DNA of 64,000 bases from Phycisphaeraceae bacterium (GCA_963674705.1 OY771506.1:1920001-1984000), one strand, 5' to 3'. Positions 21,308 through 32,342 are shown, numbered from the stretch's first letter. The notes: a model not told the origin generated them from the sequence alone. Numbers and translations: made by a program.

Positions 21308-21369
21308 GATACAGTTGGATTAATATTGCCTTTCATGGCTGCAAAGCGACGCTTCGCAGGCAGGCAACC

Positions 21370-24300
21370 CTACGCTCTCGGCAACACAATCAGTCGCTGC
21401 GTTTCGCCCGATCCTTTTGTATCCGGGTTGTAATACTCATACGCCTTCGGTGCCGGTGTCGTGATCTTCACCGGCATCGTTGCCTGTAATTGGTATTCCA
21501 GTTCCAGTGTCGCGCCCGGCTTCAAACCACGCAGGTAAACGATCGTGCTGCGTGGCGTCACCTGGTACTTCGAGATGATGTTTTGCTTCACCGCCTGGTC
21601 GAACGAATCACGATTCACCGTGAAACCGGCCGGGACGGGCAGGTCCAGGATCACCATCGGCGCCTCAGCGCTCTGGTTGTTCACCACCGTCGCCTTGGCG
21701 GACAGTACATCACCGACCTCCAGATCGCTGTCATCGTATGCAATGTCGATCGACAACGGCTGCTCTTGCTTGGGCTGCGCCGCATCCTGCACGTGATACC
21801 GGAACACCACCTGGTAGCCACATGCCGTGTCAGTCCGTTCACGCAACACGACCTGGTTCTTCCCGGTCTTCAGGTATTGACTCACATTGATCTGCCGGAT
21901 GACGTCTGATTCCTCCGCGGTCAACGCCAGCGTGTCGACCCGCTCCCCGTTCACCTCAACATCAACCATCCTGCTCTTGCCATCACCCAACGGCTTACCC
22001 GTCCCGGCGAGTAGCGCCTTGAGTGATAGCACCGTCGCCTGAGTCGTGTGCCACGTCCCCCGCGCGTCTTTACGGTTCACCAACCACGCCAACCCCCCGC
22101 GTGTCAGGTCCGGCCGTGTGCCGGATTTGATCAGCGCCAACAGCGCCGTTGCCGTAGTCTCGATTTCACCGCTGCGCCCCATCCCGTAGAAAGTGGTTGG
22201 CGTATTGTTATGCCGATTCCAGAACACAAACTTGCCGTTGCTGCTGATCTGTGCTTCCCGCACAAGCCGTTCCAGGTAAGGCCGTGCATCGTTCCCGCCC
22301 GGGTCGATCGCCAGCAGCGCATTAGCAACCAGCGCCAGCGTGTAAGGATCGTTGATGCTGTTCGCCGAGTGTCGCAACAGGTAATCGCGTGTCTGCGCGG
22401 CGTCCGTCCGGTCGTTCTGGAACACCGCCCAGGCAATGTACGCCGTCGTGGATAGTTCAAGATAATTCATACTGGTCGGGTCCTGATGCATTCGATTGCC
22501 AGGATACTTCCAACCGCCATCCCTTCCACGCTGCTGCATCAGCCACCGACGTGTACGTTTGATCAGTTCAGGATCAACATCATGCACGCGCGCCATGTCC
22601 TGGAACTCCATCAGGCCATAAGCTGTGAGTGTGCGGTTGGCAGGCGGACGCCCGAACCAATCGAATCCACCGCCAGCCACCTCAAAACCAAGCAGCCGTT
22701 GATACCCCAGGTGGATGTACTGCTGCGCCTTGGCTTCAACCTCCGGCGCGTTCTTATTCATCTTGCGCAGGTAATCCAGCGCCAGCACGTTCGGATACGT
22801 CGTCGATGAAGTCTGCTCGAAGCAGCCGTAAGGCCGTTGGAAGATCGCATCCAAACCCTCCACGACCTGGCTGAAACTCGACGGGTACAGTTTAACAACT
22901 GCAACCACGCTGCCATCGATCGCATCGCTCGGCACATCCAGTTCGATCTGTCCCGGCTCTTCCAGCGAGCCGTTCACTACCTGCTCGATCTTCCGCCCGT
23001 CAGGACGAACCTCGATCTCGCGACGGATCGCATCCGACAGATCGCTGCCATCAGCACGGACCTTGACTTCATGATCGCCCACGCGCATCACCCGGATCGG
23101 GCAATGAATCGAACGCACCTCGCCCGGCTCAAGCGATAATTCAAAACGCGCATCTCCCAGGAACTCAAACCAGTCCCCGCCGCTTACCATGATAGACACG
23201 TCCTGTTGTTTATCCAGATAGTTGTAGACCACGATAGGCAGGCCCACCTCGTCCCCGCGCGTCATCGATACCGGCAAATCCAGGTCGACAAAGAACGGCT
23301 GGAACACGCGCAGCGCCGACGTTTCACCGCCAAGCCGGCCATCCGCGGTCACGGCGCTGGCGCTCAGACGCCAGCTCGTGATCGAATCCGCCAACGGCAC
23401 ATCCAGTTGCACGATTCCCCGATCATCCGTGATCAACTCCGGCCGCCAAAGCAACGTCTCGGGGAACCACTGCCGCACACGCACGGGTTGCTGACCGGTG
23501 GATGTCTTCTGATTGACGGCGCCGCGATCTTCCAACGATTCCAGGCCGATGGCCATTTGACGCAGTTCAGACATAGCCACTAAGGAACGTGCCGAATGCC
23601 GCGCCGCGCCGAGCGCCGGTAGCAGGATCCCCACCAGCAGCGCGATGATGGACACGACAAACAGGTATTCAATAATCGTCGGTCGCCTGCCCGAGCCCGG
23701 CAGCATAACAATTAGCAGGTAGATCAACACGATGAATAGCAACACCCCGATGATGCTCCATAGGGTATTGATCGTGTTTAAACCTCTGCGCCGCTCTGCA
23801 GCGATCCGTTGCTCCTTGGAAGGATACGTGCGCGTCTGGAGCGAATACAGGCCGTCCGATTCCCCGCGAAGTATCGCGATGACATCTTCCGAAACCATGC
23901 CATCCAGGCTCTCAAGTGCCTGCTCAAAATAAGGCGAATCGATCGCGTCCAGCATATCGGGCGAGATCATCCCCTCATCCACCAACTGCTGAAGCAAAGC
24001 GTCTCGGCTGCTGCCGACCTGTTGCACCGTCGAGGCGAACAGCGCCAGCTCCAGCATCCTGCGGTCGGATTCTTTCGCTGTGAGAAAAACGCTCGGCGAC
24101 CAGTGGTAGATCGCGTACACCGGCTGCAGCAGTTCCTGCTCCAGGCTGAAGAATGTCTTTTCTGATCCCGGTGATTGCGTCAACACGCTGAAAACAGACT
24201 CATCCACAGCAGCGAGACTGATGGCCCCCCGGATGGGGCTGCCATCAGTCCCGGTTAGTTTGAGCCGCAGGCTCGCCGTCTCACCCGGGCGATACACCTG

Positions 24301-26169
24301 CTTGTCCGTTTCCGCGCTGATCCGCACTTCGTTCGCCTGATCGACATAGATTGTCCGCGACTTTTGCACGGGCAAGCCCGCCGAACCGAAGCGGTATGTC
24401 ACCACCCGGATCGTCCCGGACATCTCGGCCGGCAGATCGAATGCGTACTTGCCTTGCCCGTTCTCGATCGCGATCGATTCGGTCAACAGCGTCTGATCGT
24501 CTTTGATCAGGTCCAGGAAGATCGGCGCGTTACCGCTGCCGACCGCTTCGATCGAAACCGTTTCACCCCCTCGATACACCGCTTTATCCGTCCGCACGAT
24601 GTAGTCATCGTTGGCCTTGCCCAATTCGAGTTGTTTCGTCTCCTGTACGCTCAAACCCGCTTCGTCTGTTGCGCGGACCGTCAGGTGCAACTGTCGTGAC
24701 ATCGGCGTCAGCCGGATTGTCGCGACACCCAGCGAATTGGTCTGGACCTCGTAAGGCACACCCGTGACCGCGAGCCGCGTCTGCGCGGGTTGGCCGTCCG
24801 CATACGTCGTGATGACATACACGCGGTTCTCAACATTACGTACCAGGCTCCCGCTTTCCGGGATCACCTGCACGCGCAGCGGTCGATTCGTCACCAGCCT
24901 GCGGATCTCGCGCGTCTGCACCTGTTCGGCAGAATCCGTCACCTTCAGCCAAACCGTCATCCGCGCGTCGCCGCCGTCCTGCTCCCTGCCGAAGAGCTTG
25001 TCAGGCAGACGCACCTCGAACACCGCCGTCCCGTCCGCATCCGTCTTCAAACTCGGCACCTGAATGATCTGTTTATATGCCCCAGCAAAGCCAACCTCCA
25101 CCTCAACACGTGCGCCGGCAACGGGCTTGCCGAAGAAGTAATCCACATCCACCTTGCCGTACACCACGTCCCCGGGTAAGTAGTAGCTGCGATCAAGCTC
25201 CATCTCCACGCGAAACTTCGGCAGCACGTATTCACGCACCTCGACCGTGTTCGCCGACTCCGTGTCGCCGACTTTGCACCGGACCGTGTACGCACCGTGC
25301 AGGATCTCATCGGCCAACGCACAATCGATCGACGCGATGCCGAATTCGCTGGTCACCCCGGTCTTGCGCAGGATGACGTTGCCCTTCGGATCACTCACCG
25401 AAAACTCAACCGATTCACCCGCGACCGGCTTAAGGTCCGGCTTACGCAACGCAAGCGATCGGCAGTGGATCGTCTGGCCCGGCTGATACACGGGCTTATC
25501 CGTACTCACCATCAACTTCCAACTGCGCGTCAGCTTGATGGTGCGCGTCAGTTCTTCTTTTCCCTCACGGCCGCGCGCAACGACTTTCAGTTCATAATCG
25601 CCGGAGGCCCAATCGGGTAGATCAAAACGCGGATTCCCGCTGCCGGTCGCATCGGTTTTAAAGCTTACAAGCTCGACCGATTCGCCCGTCCTCGGGTTAC
25701 TCAAAACGACATCAACCGATGCGTCGGGCACGACCGCGCCCGATTCATAATTAGTCAGCACGATCCGGATCGACCCGCTCGTTCCGCCCTGCAGCGTGCT
25801 TTGTCCCATGACACGCAGGTCGTACGGATTCGGCGCAAGGTTCAGGTAATACACGTTAAGCGTGAACAGGATCAATATTGAAGCCGCGACAGCCGCCGCC
25901 GCCGTCCACCTGACACCCCGACGCCAATGCATCTGTGCCTGTGCTTTGTTATTCACCTGGGTGATCGTCCGCTCAATCAGTCCGCTGGGCGCTTCAACCA
26001 CGGGCACCTGCTGCATCGCTTCAAACCGCTGAACCGCGTTTTGGTAGGCCAGCTTCCAGACCTCATCCTCGTCGATCATCCGCTCGACGTAAGCGATATC
26101 CTTCGCCGACAGCAGCCCGTGCAGGTACGCATCGGTCATGTAAACCGGGTTGTCTCTTTGGTCAGTCAT
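21370..26169 (-). CDS. Alpha-2-macroglobulin family thioester protein with an anti-sigma-like N-terminus and internal TM/pilin-like segment
   Basis: TDKPVYQPG, EYVLPKF, FPETLLW, DSITSW and thioester PYGCFEQT. Start placed at 26169 because it overlaps the sigma stop (ATGACTGA). Confidence 0.9.
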   Translation of the reverse strand: MTDQRDNPVYMTDAYLHGLLSAKDIAYVERMIDEDEVWKLAYQNAVQRFEAMQQVPVVEAPSGLIERTITQVNNKAQAQMHWRRGVRWTAAAAVAASILILFTLNVYYLNLAPNPYDLRVMGQSTLQGGTSGSIRIVLTNYESGAVVPDASVDVVLSNPRTGESVELVSFKTDATGSGNPRFDLPDWASGDYELKVVARGREGKEELTRTIKLTRSWKLMVSTDKPVYQPGQTIHCRSLALRKPDLKPVAGESVEFSVSDPKGNVILRKTGVTSEFGIASIDCALADEILHGAYTVRCKVGDTESANTVEVREYVLPKFRVEMELDRSYYLPGDVVYGKVDVDYFFGKPVAGARVEVEVGFAGAYKQIIQVPSLKTDADGTAVFEVRLPDKLFGREQDGGDARMTVWLKVTDSAEQVQTREIRRLVTNRPLRVQVIPESGSLVRNVENRVYVITTYADGQPAQTRLAVTGVPYEVQTNSLGVATIRLTPMSRQLHLTVRATDEAGLSVQETKQLELGKANDDYIVRTDKAVYRGGETVSIEAVGSGNAPIFLDLIKDDQTLLTESIAIENGQGKYAFDLPAEMSGTIRVVTYRFGSAGLPVQKSRTIYVDQANEVRISAETDKQVYRPGETASLRLKLTGTDGSPIRGAISLAAVDESVFSVLTQSPGSEKTFFSLEQELLQPVYAIYHWSPSVFLTAKESDRRMLELALFASTVQQVGSSRDALLQQLVDEGMISPDMLDAIDSPYFEQALESLDGMVSEDVIAILRGESDGLYSLQTRTYPSKEQRIAAERRRGLNTINTLWSIIGVLLFIVLIYLLIVMLPGSGRRPTIIEYLFVVSIIALLVGILLPALGAARHSARSLVAMSELRQMAIGLESLEDRGAVNQKTSTGQQPVRVRQWFPETLLWRPELITDDRGIVQLDVPLADSITSWRLSASAVTADGRLGGETSALRVFQPFFVDLDLPVSMTRGDEVGLPIVVYNYLDKQQDVSIMVSGGDWFEFLGDARFELSLEPGEVRSIHCPIRVMRVGDHEVKVRADGSDLSDAIRREIEVRPDGRKIEQVVNGSLEEPGQIELDVPSDAIDGSVVAVVKLYPSSFSQVVEGLDAIFQRPYGCFEQTSSTTYPNVLALDYLRKMNKNAPEVEAKAQQYIHLGYQRLLGFEVAGGGFDWFGRPPANRTLTAYGLMEFQDMARVHDVDPELIKRTRRWLMQQRGRDGGWKYPGNRMHQDPTSMNYLELSTTAYIAWAVFQNDRTDAAQTRDYLLRHSANSINDPYTLALVANALLAIDPGGNDARPYLERLVREAQISSNGKFVFWNRHNNTPTTFYGMGRSGEIETTATALLALIKSGTRPDLTRGGLAWLVNRKDARGTWHTTQATVLSLKALLAGTGKPLGDGKSRMVDVEVNGERVDTLALTAEESDVIRQINVSQYLKTGKNQVVLRERTDTACGYQVVFRYHVQDAAQPKQEQPLSIDIAYDDSDLEVGDVLSAKATVVNNQSAEAPMVILDLPVPAGFTVNRDSFDQAVKQNIISKYQVTPRSTIVYLRGLKPGATLELEYQLQATMPVKITTPAPKAYEYYNPDTKGSGETQRLIVLPRA

Positions 26170-26854
26170 TGCTTGGCTCCGTGCTTGCCGACCACTGGCT
26201 CGATACATACGAGGACAGGGGGCGGCGAAGAGCCTTCAAGGCTTGGTGCATGTGAGCACGAATAGTCGATTCCCGCAGGCCGTAACACTCGGCGATCTCC
26301 GCGTAAGGCATGCAACACCAGATACGCATCACCACCACCGCCCGTTGTTTCTCCGGCAGCTTCAGCACAGCCTGCTCCACGATCTCGGTCGATTCATCTC
26401 GGATCAGCGCGTCAACCGGATCGTTGTCTGCCGTGTTGTCGGCCGGTTCATCCAGCTCGAACGTCGTCGTGATGAACCGCCGCGTTATCTTCCGCCGCAG
26501 CCGCGACCTGCAGGCATTGCGCGCGATCTGGAAGACCCATGGCCTGAACTTGCTGCCCCGCTTGTAGGTCTTGCGTTTCGTCCAGACGGCCATGAAGACT
26601 TCCTGGAATATTTCTTCGCTCTCCGCGTAGTTGCCCATCATCCGACAGATAAATGTCAGCAACGGATTGGCGTACCGACGAACCAGCGGATCGAGTTTCT
26701 CGGATTGCCCACTGGCGACCCGGCCCATCAGCGATTCGTCGGATTCGTGTGCGTGTGTCAGTTGCATATGACGCGGTGGTCCTTCACTCATGGATATGCG
26801 CATGGACCGCAAAGCGCGTAGCCAAACCCCGTGTTTGACCCGGTAAATAGCCAT
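26162..26854 (-). CDS. ECF-type sigma-70 factor
   Basis: Region 2 (EEIFQEVF...FRPWVFQIARN) and region 4 (LPEKQRAV...YAEIAE...STIRAHMHQA); true start may be ~26791 or 26767. Confidence 0.92.
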   Translation of the reverse strand: MAIYRVKHGVWLRALRSMRISMSEGPPRHMQLTHAHESDESLMGRVASGQSEKLDPLVRRYANPLLTFICRMMGNYAESEEIFQEVFMAVWTKRKTYKRGSKFRPWVFQIARNACRSRLRRKITRRFITTTFELDEPADNTADNDPVDALIRDESTEIVEQAVLKLPEKQRAVVVMRIWCCMPYAEIAECYGLRESTIRAHMHQALKALRRPLSSYVSSQWSASTEPSND

Positions 26855-27021
26855 AATAGTAGTGGATTCAGGTGTTTACCGACATCAAAAAAATTACCCG
26901 GATGCTTGCACGTTTTTGAGATCGGTCCGGGAGCATCGCTTAGGCGCAAGCATATAAAAAGACCAGCCGCGGTGGGCTGGCCTTGTAGTGTTGGATTGTC
27001 GGGCCGCTTGGCCGCCTTCGT

Positions 27022-29547
27022 TTACGGGATGATCCGTATGACGGAAAGCGAATGCGCCGGCGCTTCATACGAAAGCTCGGGCTGAACCGGTATCGCCTTC
27101 GTCTTCGGCACAACGATCTCAGGTTCTTCCATCGTGTTTGTCGCCATCGGATCGCCGGCGAGTACCGTCAGGTTAGCGACCTTCGTCTCCGTGACCCACT
27201 GACTCAGGTCGACCTTCAGCGGGTATGCCTTGTCGCTGACGTTGACGATCTTGACCATCAGTTCCCCGGTCTGAGCGCGCCGGACCGCCGATGCATACAA
27301 CGGCACGGGCAAGGTGAATGCCTGTGCTTCAATCTCATGCACCAGTTCATCATCCAGGTAGCATCGCACCTTTTCGCCCTGCACTTCGATGCGGATGTCG
27401 TACCAGCGGCCGGTTTCGATCTGACCTTGCACTGCGCGCCCGTATTCATCACCGCCACCGCCGGACGTTATTTTTTCAATCGCGTGTCGGCTGTTGCCCC
27501 ATCCGCCGAGGTTCCACCAGTAGTATTGATCCTTGCTCGAACGCTTGAAACCGATCAGGAAACCTTCGTGCCCTCCAAGCTTGCGGGCACGAAGTGAGAT
27601 CGTGTATTCACCGGCGGGTGGTTCGATGTTCAATACGGATAACGCCGGCTGGTGCCTTTCGTTCTGGCGGTACGCACCAGCTTCCACGTGCCAATCGCCG
27701 GATGTAACCGTCCAGTTCTTCGGTTCACCCTCAAAGGTTTCCTCCGCGATCACCTTATCGCCGCTCGTGATCCGCACATCGTCATATTCCGACTGCGTGC
27801 CCCACGTGCCCAGCAGCACGCCTTCGCCTTGCAACTGTTCAGGCTGAAGCGACTGATCGAACTCACTTTGAATGTAGTAGTCGCCGCCGTTGAGGCTGAA
27901 TAACTGCTGCACGTAATAGTTGGCGGTGCGCAGGATGCGCTGGTTGTCGAAGTAGATCATGTTCGGGTTCCATTGCGTCCGCCCGATCTTGCCGAGCATC
28001 GGTGCATAGGAACTGAACCGAACGATATCCGCGTTGCGCTCGAGAGCCGTCAGGTAAGCCGCTTCGGCAAGCGCCGAACGCAGCGTGTTACGCCTGCCCA
28101 CATCATGCGCCGCGTATTCCCCGAGATAAACCGTCGGCCCGGTACGCGGATATTGATCGTAAAAATCGTTGTGTGTCAGGAACCAGTCCGGCGCGACGTA
28201 GTAATGCTCATCGACCATGTCGATGTCAAGCTCGCGCGCGATCTTCCAGCCTTGCTCATAATCGTAACCCGCCCAGAACGGCCCGCTCGTACCGATTACG
28301 GTAATCTCAGGATGCTTCGCCTTCACCGCCGCGTTGAGCATCGCAAAACGTTCGCGGAACACGTCTGTGATCTGATCCTCGTTACCCACGCCGATATACT
28401 TCAGATTAAACGGTTCAGGATGCCCGGCCGCGGCACGCTTCGCGCCCCACTGCGAATCCGCAGGTCCGTTCGCCCATTCGATCAGGTCCAGTATCTCCTG
28501 AACGTATGCATCCATCTCCTCCATCGGGATGCCGCGCTGCCCATGCCCCCAATCGCCGCGTGAGTTCTGGCAACACACACCCGCCGGTACGACAGGCAAC
28601 GGCTCCGCGCCCATGTCTTCACAGAACTGGAAGTACTCGTAATAACCCAGCCCGTATGTCTGATGATACCCCCAGATATTGCGCTGTCCCTTGCGCTGCT
28701 CGACCGGGCCGATCGTGTCTTTCCAGCGATACATGTTGTCTAAACCGTTGCCGTGCGCGACACACCCGCCGGGGAACCGCATGAACTTCGGCTTAAGGTC
28801 CGCGATCGTCTGCGCCAGGTCCGCACGCAAACCGTTTCGATGATTCATAAACGTCTTGCGCGGGAATAGCGACACCATGTCCACCGCCGTTTTGCCGTTG
28901 CCTTGAAACTCGATCACGAGCGTCGCGTTGTCCGCCGCCTTCGTCGCCTTCAGGCTTGTTTGATACTGCTTCCAGTTGCCCCCGATATTGGGTAGCTTCG
29001 CAACCGCCAGCACATCACCATCAGATGAAACCAGCTTCACACGCATCGGCCTCAGCCCACCCTCGATTTGCCGGGCGAAAACCGAGAAGTCATACGCCTC
29101 CTTGGCTTTCAGTGGCATCCCTTGGAACCCTTCATTCACCAGGCTAAGCGTTTCGGTCGTGTCTTTCTTTTCAACAACCAGGTAATGCGGGTTGTTCGTG
29201 TCCAGCGGCTCGTCCGATTCGACCTTGATCGAACCCTTGCCCTCTTCCACACCCTTCATCGACCACGCGGTCAACGGCTCGAACCTTGGATTATCCGCAT
29301 GGCTGAACTCGAACGAACGGTTACGCACCAATTCTGCATACAGTCCGCCGTCCGCCGCATAATTGATGTCTTCATAGAAGATGCCGATCAGGTCCGGGCT
29401 GATCGACTTTTCCTGCTTCGAGATCGTCAGCGTGATCGGCTCGCTCTTCGCCGCGTCGGTCTGCGCCTCGGCATGCATCGCACAACCTAACAAGACAGAA
29501 CCTGTGAGAACAGCCAGCGACGCAAACATTTGGGTGCTTGTCTTCAT
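27022..29547 (-). CDS. GH51 alpha-L-arabinofuranosidase
   Basis: EDINYAADGGLYAEL, RFPGGC, GVGNE, DEHYY, YLGEYA. Confidence 0.93.
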   Translation of the reverse strand: MKTSTQMFASLAVLTGSVLLGCAMHAEAQTDAAKSEPITLTISKQEKSISPDLIGIFYEDINYAADGGLYAELVRNRSFEFSHADNPRFEPLTAWSMKGVEEGKGSIKVESDEPLDTNNPHYLVVEKKDTTETLSLVNEGFQGMPLKAKEAYDFSVFARQIEGGLRPMRVKLVSSDGDVLAVAKLPNIGGNWKQYQTSLKATKAADNATLVIEFQGNGKTAVDMVSLFPRKTFMNHRNGLRADLAQTIADLKPKFMRFPGGCVAHGNGLDNMYRWKDTIGPVEQRKGQRNIWGYHQTYGLGYYEYFQFCEDMGAEPLPVVPAGVCCQNSRGDWGHGQRGIPMEEMDAYVQEILDLIEWANGPADSQWGAKRAAAGHPEPFNLKYIGVGNEDQITDVFRERFAMLNAAVKAKHPEITVIGTSGPFWAGYDYEQGWKIARELDIDMVDEHYYVAPDWFLTHNDFYDQYPRTGPTVYLGEYAAHDVGRRNTLRSALAEAAYLTALERNADIVRFSSYAPMLGKIGRTQWNPNMIYFDNQRILRTANYYVQQLFSLNGGDYYIQSEFDQSLQPEQLQGEGVLLGTWGTQSEYDDVRITSGDKVIAEETFEGEPKNWTVTSGDWHVEAGAYRQNERHQPALSVLNIEPPAGEYTISLRARKLGGHEGFLIGFKRSSKDQYYWWNLGGWGNSRHAIEKITSGGGGDEYGRAVQGQIETGRWYDIRIEVQGEKVRCYLDDELVHEIEAQAFTLPVPLYASAVRRAQTGELMVKIVNVSDKAYPLKVDLSQWVTETKVANLTVLAGDPMATNTMEEPEIVVPKTKAIPVQPELSYEAPAHSLSVIRIIP

Positions 29548-29678
29548 GTTGAATCTTTGTGTTAATGTTGGTTGTCGTTGAGTATCATTACAACACAGCG
29601 TTGCACGCCGATGCCCCGCACGGCGTCGACAGTACAGCCATCAATCAAAACGAATCGCATCCTCCAAGTATAGCAGCG

Positions 29679-32342
29679 TTACTGCTCCTTGATCCATACC
29701 TTTGATACCGGCCCCTGCTCATCCTTCTTGATCCGGTTGCTGCGAGCGTAGAAGGGGATCGCCTGTAAGTCGCTGCCGTCCGCCCATTTGCCCGTGATCA
29801 CCATCACCCCGCCCAGCAGGTTCGGCTTCCACTGCGTGCTCAACTCGGCATCGCTCGCAAGCGCTTTATCCAACGGCTGGTCCGCGCTCTCGAACGTGTA
29901 GATCAAAGGCCCGTACCGTAGCGCCACCTGCCCGCGCGTCGCTGCGATCTTTTCAGACGCATGGATACGCTGAATCTTCATCGGCAACTCAAACTCGACC
30001 GTGTCGCCTTGCTCCCACATCCGGTCGATCACCGCGTAGCCGTTCTCGATTGCCGGCTCGATCGTTTCGCCGTTCAGCTTGATCCACAAGATGCCATCCG
30101 CATCAGGTTCAGCATCATACAGTTCACTGACATCGCGCACCGGTCGGCGTATATGCAGCGCAAACTTACTTGCTTTGCCGGGATTCACCGTCAGTTTGAT
30201 GTTTCCGTCCCACGGATAATCCGTTTTCTGCACCATCTTCACGTCCGTCCCGCCGACGCCCGTCACGGTGATCGTGCTGCCGACGAACATATTCACATAA
30301 ATATCGCTGGCATCCTTGGCATACATCCACGTCGGCAGCATCAACAGCACACGCGGGATGTTCCCCACGCAGCACGGGCAGACGTGCCAGGGATACCGCG
30401 CCCCGTGCTCGGTTAGCGCGTTCGTGTAATAGAAGTTGTTGCCGTCCTGATCGAGCGAACCAAGCAGCGCGTTGAACAACGTCTCTTCGTAAAGGTCCGC
30501 GTACTTCGCTTCGTGGTACGCCATCGTGAGCTTGTGCTCGAAGTAAATCAATCCGCAGCTCGAGCACGATTCGCAATACGCTTCATGCCGAAGCGAATAG
30601 TCCGGCCCGAAGCCTTCCGACGTTTCGCCGCTGCCGATCCCGCCGGTCACGTAGTATTTGCGGTTGATCATGTTGTCGAACAGGCTCATCACCGCGCTCT
30701 GGTAATCGATGTCCTGCGTCTCCATCGCGACATCTGACATGCCCGCGTAGTTGTACGAGGCACGCACCGCATGCCCGACCGCTTCGTACTGTTGTGTCAC
30801 CGGCACGTGGCTCTGTGAATATTCATTCCCGCCCGATCGGCAATCCAGCAGGAACTTGGCAAGCGCGATGTACTTATCTCCCTTGCCGTCGCCTTCGACC
30901 GTGTTCACGAAACGCCCGAAGCGCACCAGCGCCATCTCCATCGCCTGGTGCTCATCCCACCACCTCTGCTTCGGCGGCGGGCCGATCTGCGCTTCCCAGC
31001 AATCCGCCAGCTTCTTCGCCGCGTTGTACAGCCGAAGGTCTTTCCCGCCGGTCATCATGTAGTGCGACACCGCCGCCTCAAGGAAGTAACCCGCGACGTA
31101 CCCTTCGTGATATGTCCGGTACTTATCCGACCAGCGTTTTCGATCCGGGTGCAGCGTGAACGCCGTCTGTAAATACCCGTCCGGTTCTTGCGCCGCGAGG
31201 ATCTTCGGGATCCAGTCTTCCAGCGTGTCGTGCATCTTCTGCTGCACCGCGATCATCATCTGATCGCCTTGCGGATCGAGCATCTGCGCAACGCACATCG
31301 CCTCGATCGTGTTGTAAACCCACGCGTTGGAGAAGATGTACCCGCGGTGCTTCTCTGCATTTTCGCCGCGCAGTTTCTTCGCCGCCTCGACGAAGTTGTT
31401 GATCCCGCCTTCTTTCAGATCGGGCTTGCTGATCGTGTCGATGCAGTGGGGAATCCAGTTTACGATGATCGACCTGGCCCTCTGATTCCAAAGCGGGCTG
31501 TCGATCTTGTAAGGCATCGTATCGACCGGGCTCAGGTTCTCCGCAGGCGGGCCGTGCACGACTGTGACATGCAGCGTGTCTGCTGTCGTTTCTCCGTTCT
31601 GCGTGGCCATGAGTTGCAGTTCGTATTCGCCAGGCTCGCTGAATGTCGCGGTTGTGTCAACATCGCCGCTATCGGCAAACGTCACCACGCCCGGCCCGGA
31701 AACCTTGCTCCACTGAATATCACAATCACCGGATAGCGCGGATACATCGCCGCCCAGGTACGTCTTGCCGTTCAGCATGACCGAGCGGTCCGCATTGGCC
31801 TTGACCCGCGGCGGGAATGTCGACGACTTACCGCTGTCAAACACTTTCCATTCGAGGATGCCTGTGGAGAATTCTTCGTTGCCATCGATCTCAAGACGCA
31901 GTCTGGTCGTGATGACCTCTTCAAAGCTAAGGTCGTTCCACTGATCACGCTCGACGCCGATCGCGCCGCTCGCCTTGACCGGCTTGAACGCTTCGCCGTC
32001 CCAGTAATACAAACGAGCCGCCTTCGGCAGCCGCACACCCATGTGATCGTCCCACCAGTACACGCTGATCTTTTCCGTGCTGATCGGCCTCGACCAGTCG
32101 TACTGTACCCATTGTGTTTTCTGCTTAGGCCAGTTGCCGTAGCACCCTTCATCGCGGAAGTCGCTCTTGCGCGGCTCGATCCCGTCGTTGAGCGCACTGA
32201 CACGCGTATCGCCCGAGACGTAAGACGTCGATCCCGTAGCCACCAGCGCCACGTTCGCCACTTCCTCGGCCAATACACTATTTACCAATACACTCATAAC
32301 AGCCACCACCAGCCAACTATGCTTGAGTTTGATTCGATTCAT
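29679..32342 (-). CDS. GH127 beta-L-arabinofuranosidase with N-terminal discoidin-like and PKD-like domains
   Basis: HEGY, AVGHAVRA, YCESCSS, CPCC motifs; signal peptide. Confidence 0.9.
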   Translation of the reverse strand: MNRIKLKHSWLVVAVMSVLVNSVLAEEVANVALVATGSTSYVSGDTRVSALNDGIEPRKSDFRDEGCYGNWPKQKTQWVQYDWSRPISTEKISVYWWDDHMGVRLPKAARLYYWDGEAFKPVKASGAIGVERDQWNDLSFEEVITTRLRLEIDGNEEFSTGILEWKVFDSGKSSTFPPRVKANADRSVMLNGKTYLGGDVSALSGDCDIQWSKVSGPGVVTFADSGDVDTTATFSEPGEYELQLMATQNGETTADTLHVTVVHGPPAENLSPVDTMPYKIDSPLWNQRARSIIVNWIPHCIDTISKPDLKEGGINNFVEAAKKLRGENAEKHRGYIFSNAWVYNTIEAMCVAQMLDPQGDQMMIAVQQKMHDTLEDWIPKILAAQEPDGYLQTAFTLHPDRKRWSDKYRTYHEGYVAGYFLEAAVSHYMMTGGKDLRLYNAAKKLADCWEAQIGPPPKQRWWDEHQAMEMALVRFGRFVNTVEGDGKGDKYIALAKFLLDCRSGGNEYSQSHVPVTQQYEAVGHAVRASYNYAGMSDVAMETQDIDYQSAVMSLFDNMINRKYYVTGGIGSGETSEGFGPDYSLRHEAYCESCSSCGLIYFEHKLTMAYHEAKYADLYEETLFNALLGSLDQDGNNFYYTNALTEHGARYPWHVCPCCVGNIPRVLLMLPTWMYAKDASDIYVNMFVGSTITVTGVGGTDVKMVQKTDYPWDGNIKLTVNPGKASKFALHIRRPVRDVSELYDAEPDADGILWIKLNGETIEPAIENGYAVIDRMWEQGDTVEFELPMKIQRIHASEKIAATRGQVALRYGPLIYTFESADQPLDKALASDAELSTQWKPNLLGGVMVITGKWADGSDLQAIPFYARSNRIKKDEQGPVSKVWIKEQ

